Shown here: positions 48,908-50,719 of the stretch, in pieces | Layout: the number at the start of each line of letters is the position of its first letter | How positions within the stretch are numbered: the stretch's first letter is position 1 | Assembly (NCBI GenBank): GCA_042219045.1 | Contig: JBDGQO010000065.1 | Location: 1-50,719 of the forward strand | Direction: 5' to 3' | DNA from: Candidatus Bipolaricaulia bacterium | GTDB taxonomy: Bacteria; Bipolaricaulota; Bipolaricaulia; RBG-16-55-9 | Length of the DNA stretch: 50,719 nucleotides | Notes under the pieces: generated by a model | The model's database searches: none | What the model saw: only the letters and a program-made list of their open reading frames with translations | Told to the model about the DNA's origin: nothing | Position numbers and translations under genes: made by a program

Positions 48908-49813
48908 ATGTCACGGCCGTTGACGAGCTATGGGCCGCTGCTTGTCGTGGCGCTGTCGGAGGCCTCCATCGGCGTCTTCGTCAAGCTGGTCGGCGACCAT
49001 ATTCCCGTCTACACGCTCAACTTCTACCGGGTGTTCTTCGCGGCCATCTTCCTCATGGTCGCCATGCCCTTCATTCAGAAGGACGTCTGGACGTTCCCGA
49101 CTCGCAACCTTCGCGATATCATCGTTGTCGGCGTGCTGATCGCGTCCCAGATCAGCTTGTTCAACATTGCCATGACGCTCGCGCCCATTGCCAACGTGGT
49201 CATCTTCTGGAGCGTCGCGCCGTTCTTCGTGTTCATCTTCTCGGCCATCTTCCTCGACGAGGAGCCACGCTGGACGCATGTGCTCATCTTCCTGATCGCG
49301 ATGGGCGGCGTCTACCTGGCCAAGCCGCTGGCGGGCGGCCACGCGCTCGGCAACCTGATTGCGCTGGGCGACGGCGCCATCTACGCCGCCTTGGTCACCT
49401 ACATTCGCAAAGAGGAGAAGACCGAAACGCGGAACGACACGCTCTGGTTCATGCTGGCCGCCACGGTCATCCTGTTGCCAATCGCTTTGGTTGTCGGCCC
49501 GGGCGACGTGACCGCGCTCAACTACGGCGTTCCCGTTCTCGTGTGGGCCATCGGTCTCGGCGTCATCTCGACGGGGATGGCGTACTTCTGTATCGGCCTG
49601 GCGCTGGAGAACGTCAACGCCAACGTCTACTCGCTCGCCGATATCGTGACGTCGCCGGTGCTGGCGGCGCTGTTCGGCTTCTTGGTCTTCCACGAAGTTC
49701 CGTCTCCGAACATGATCTATGGCGGGGCGCTGTTGTTGGCGTCGGGGTTCTGGCTCTCCATCCTAATGGGCCGACGAGATGAAGTCCGGCATCGCTCACA
49801 GTCGCCGAAGTGA
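48908..49813 (+). CDS. DMT/EamA-family permease
   Basis: About 10 TM helices, two EamA repeats (NFYRVFFA, APFFVFIFSAIFLDE, PVLAALFGFLVFHE). Confidence 0.9.
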   Translation: MSRPLTSYGPLLVVALSEASIGVFVKLVGDHIPVYTLNFYRVFFAAIFLMVAMPFIQKDVWTFPTRNLRDIIVVGVLIASQISLFNIAMTLAPIANVVIFWSVAPFFVFIFSAIFLDEEPRWTHVLIFLIAMGGVYLAKPLAGGHALGNLIALGDGAIYAALVTYIRKEEKTETRNDTLWFMLAATVILLPIALVVGPGDVTALNYGVPVLVWAIGLGVISTGMAYFCIGLALENVNANVYSLADIVTSPVLAALFGFLVFHEVPSPNMIYGGALLLASGFWLSILMGRRDEVRHRSQSPK

Positions 49814-49944
49814 ACGTCGTGTCTCCGGCCGGTTGGCCATGGAATCGACGGAGTCGCTACCAATGGATGGGCACAAGGCCGTGCGCCTGCGCCGAGCCGA
49901 CTCGGCCGACAGGCGCACGACAAGCCCAAGGAGAGGTCAAATAG

Positions 49945-50436
49945 TTAGCTCTGTTGCGGAGCAGTCGATGTCTGCTGCTGCTGTGACAGTTGGCTGGTCA
50001 GATAGCCGCCGAGCACCGTGCCGAAGAAGAACGTGTGGGCGATAAAGCCCTGCCAGAGCGCGCTCGTCTGCGTGGCGAACCACGGCGTGCCGAGAACCCG
50101 CGAGAGCACGTAGAAGTTGAGCAGCCACAGCACCAGTCCGAAAACGCTCGTGGCGACGAGCAACGTTGCCGTCGAGCTGTGCAGTTGGCCCACTGAGCCA
50201 ATGATATAGGTCACCACGACGCCGAACCCGGCCGACAGGACCGCGTGCGTGATGAGCCCGACGACGATTGCGCTGCCCATGGCGATCTGGGGCGGCGGCG
50301 TCTGCATCGGGATGCTTGCCATCATGGCGAGTGGCCCAAACAGCTTGCCTGCCGCGATCAACGCATACAGCATCTCGAACACCAGGAACACCGCACCGGC
50401 CACGAGGCCGCCGGTGATGCCTTTCTTGACGTCCAT
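49945..50436 (-). CDS. Hypothetical four-TM membrane protein
   Basis: AAGGAGG RBS before MDVKKG; four hydrophobic helices, two with His (THAVLS, AHTFFFG). Confidence 0.75.
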   Translation of the reverse strand: MDVKKGITGGLVAGAVFLVFEMLYALIAAGKLFGPLAMMASIPMQTPPPQIAMGSAIVVGLITHAVLSAGFGVVVTYIIGSVGQLHSSTATLLVATSVFGLVLWLLNFYVLSRVLGTPWFATQTSALWQGFIAHTFFFGTVLGGYLTSQLSQQQQTSTAPQQS

Positions 50437-50719
50437 GGAACTCGACCTCCTTGAAACGCGTTCTTGGATCGTCATCAAGGACGACGGTAGCCGCCGGAGG
50501 GCGAGCGTGCTGTAAGCGGGCTTACAATGGATTCCGTTTACTGGCTCAAGGACGACGTTGCCCAGGGACAGTAGTCCACAGGGGAATTTGCCGTATCGAC
50601 AACTTGGTTACCCGTCCCGGCCGAATTGAACGAACTGGCAGGATTGCCCGCACAGTTGCCTGGAGCACCGTTGAGAGGGTTTGATTCGCCGTTTCCTTGT
50701 GAATCGTTCGGACCACTGG

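Noticed and set aside
50590..50640. Possible third copy of the 94-bp repeat (TCGACAACTTGG...GAATTGAACGAAC)
   Set aside because: Only two short words match and their spacing differs; this is compatible with chance.

Overview
This is a GC-rich, gene-dense bacterial chromosomal segment with about 40 CDS, tRNA-Ser(CGA) and tRNA-Leu(CAG). I see no integrase, transposase, CRISPR array or prophage. Housekeeping genes include eno-ftsB-dnaE-yvcK, an RpoD-type sigma factor, an EF-G paralog, gatA, trxB, pyrE and an ABC-F ATPase. Lipid and fatty-acid genes include two acyl-CoA ligases, a FadF-like Fe-S protein, a UgtP-like glycosyltransferase and a lipid kinase. There are also peptidases and two putative outer-membrane barrel proteins. 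Many cytoplasmic proteins are strongly Asp/Glu-rich, which suggests a halophilic diderm; Bipolaricaulota/Acetothermia is a guess, not shown. The most unusual observations are: (1) a eukaryote-type CANT1/Cimex apyrase without a signal peptide, divergent from an archaeal-type nucleoside hydrolase and followed by an EamA permease, a candidate nucleotide-catabolism module; (2) a full-length PurD paralog whose catalytic residues are systematically replaced, bracketed by two gapless 94-bp direct repeats; (3) a phage MuF-like Cys/His protein outside any phage, whose promoter overlaps that of the sigma gene; (4) an unlisted 45-aa protein with its own promoter and terminator; (5) a candidate structured RNA near 31.75-31.9 kb; (6) several apparently leaderless genes. 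All family calls come from recognising motifs by eye; no searches were run.
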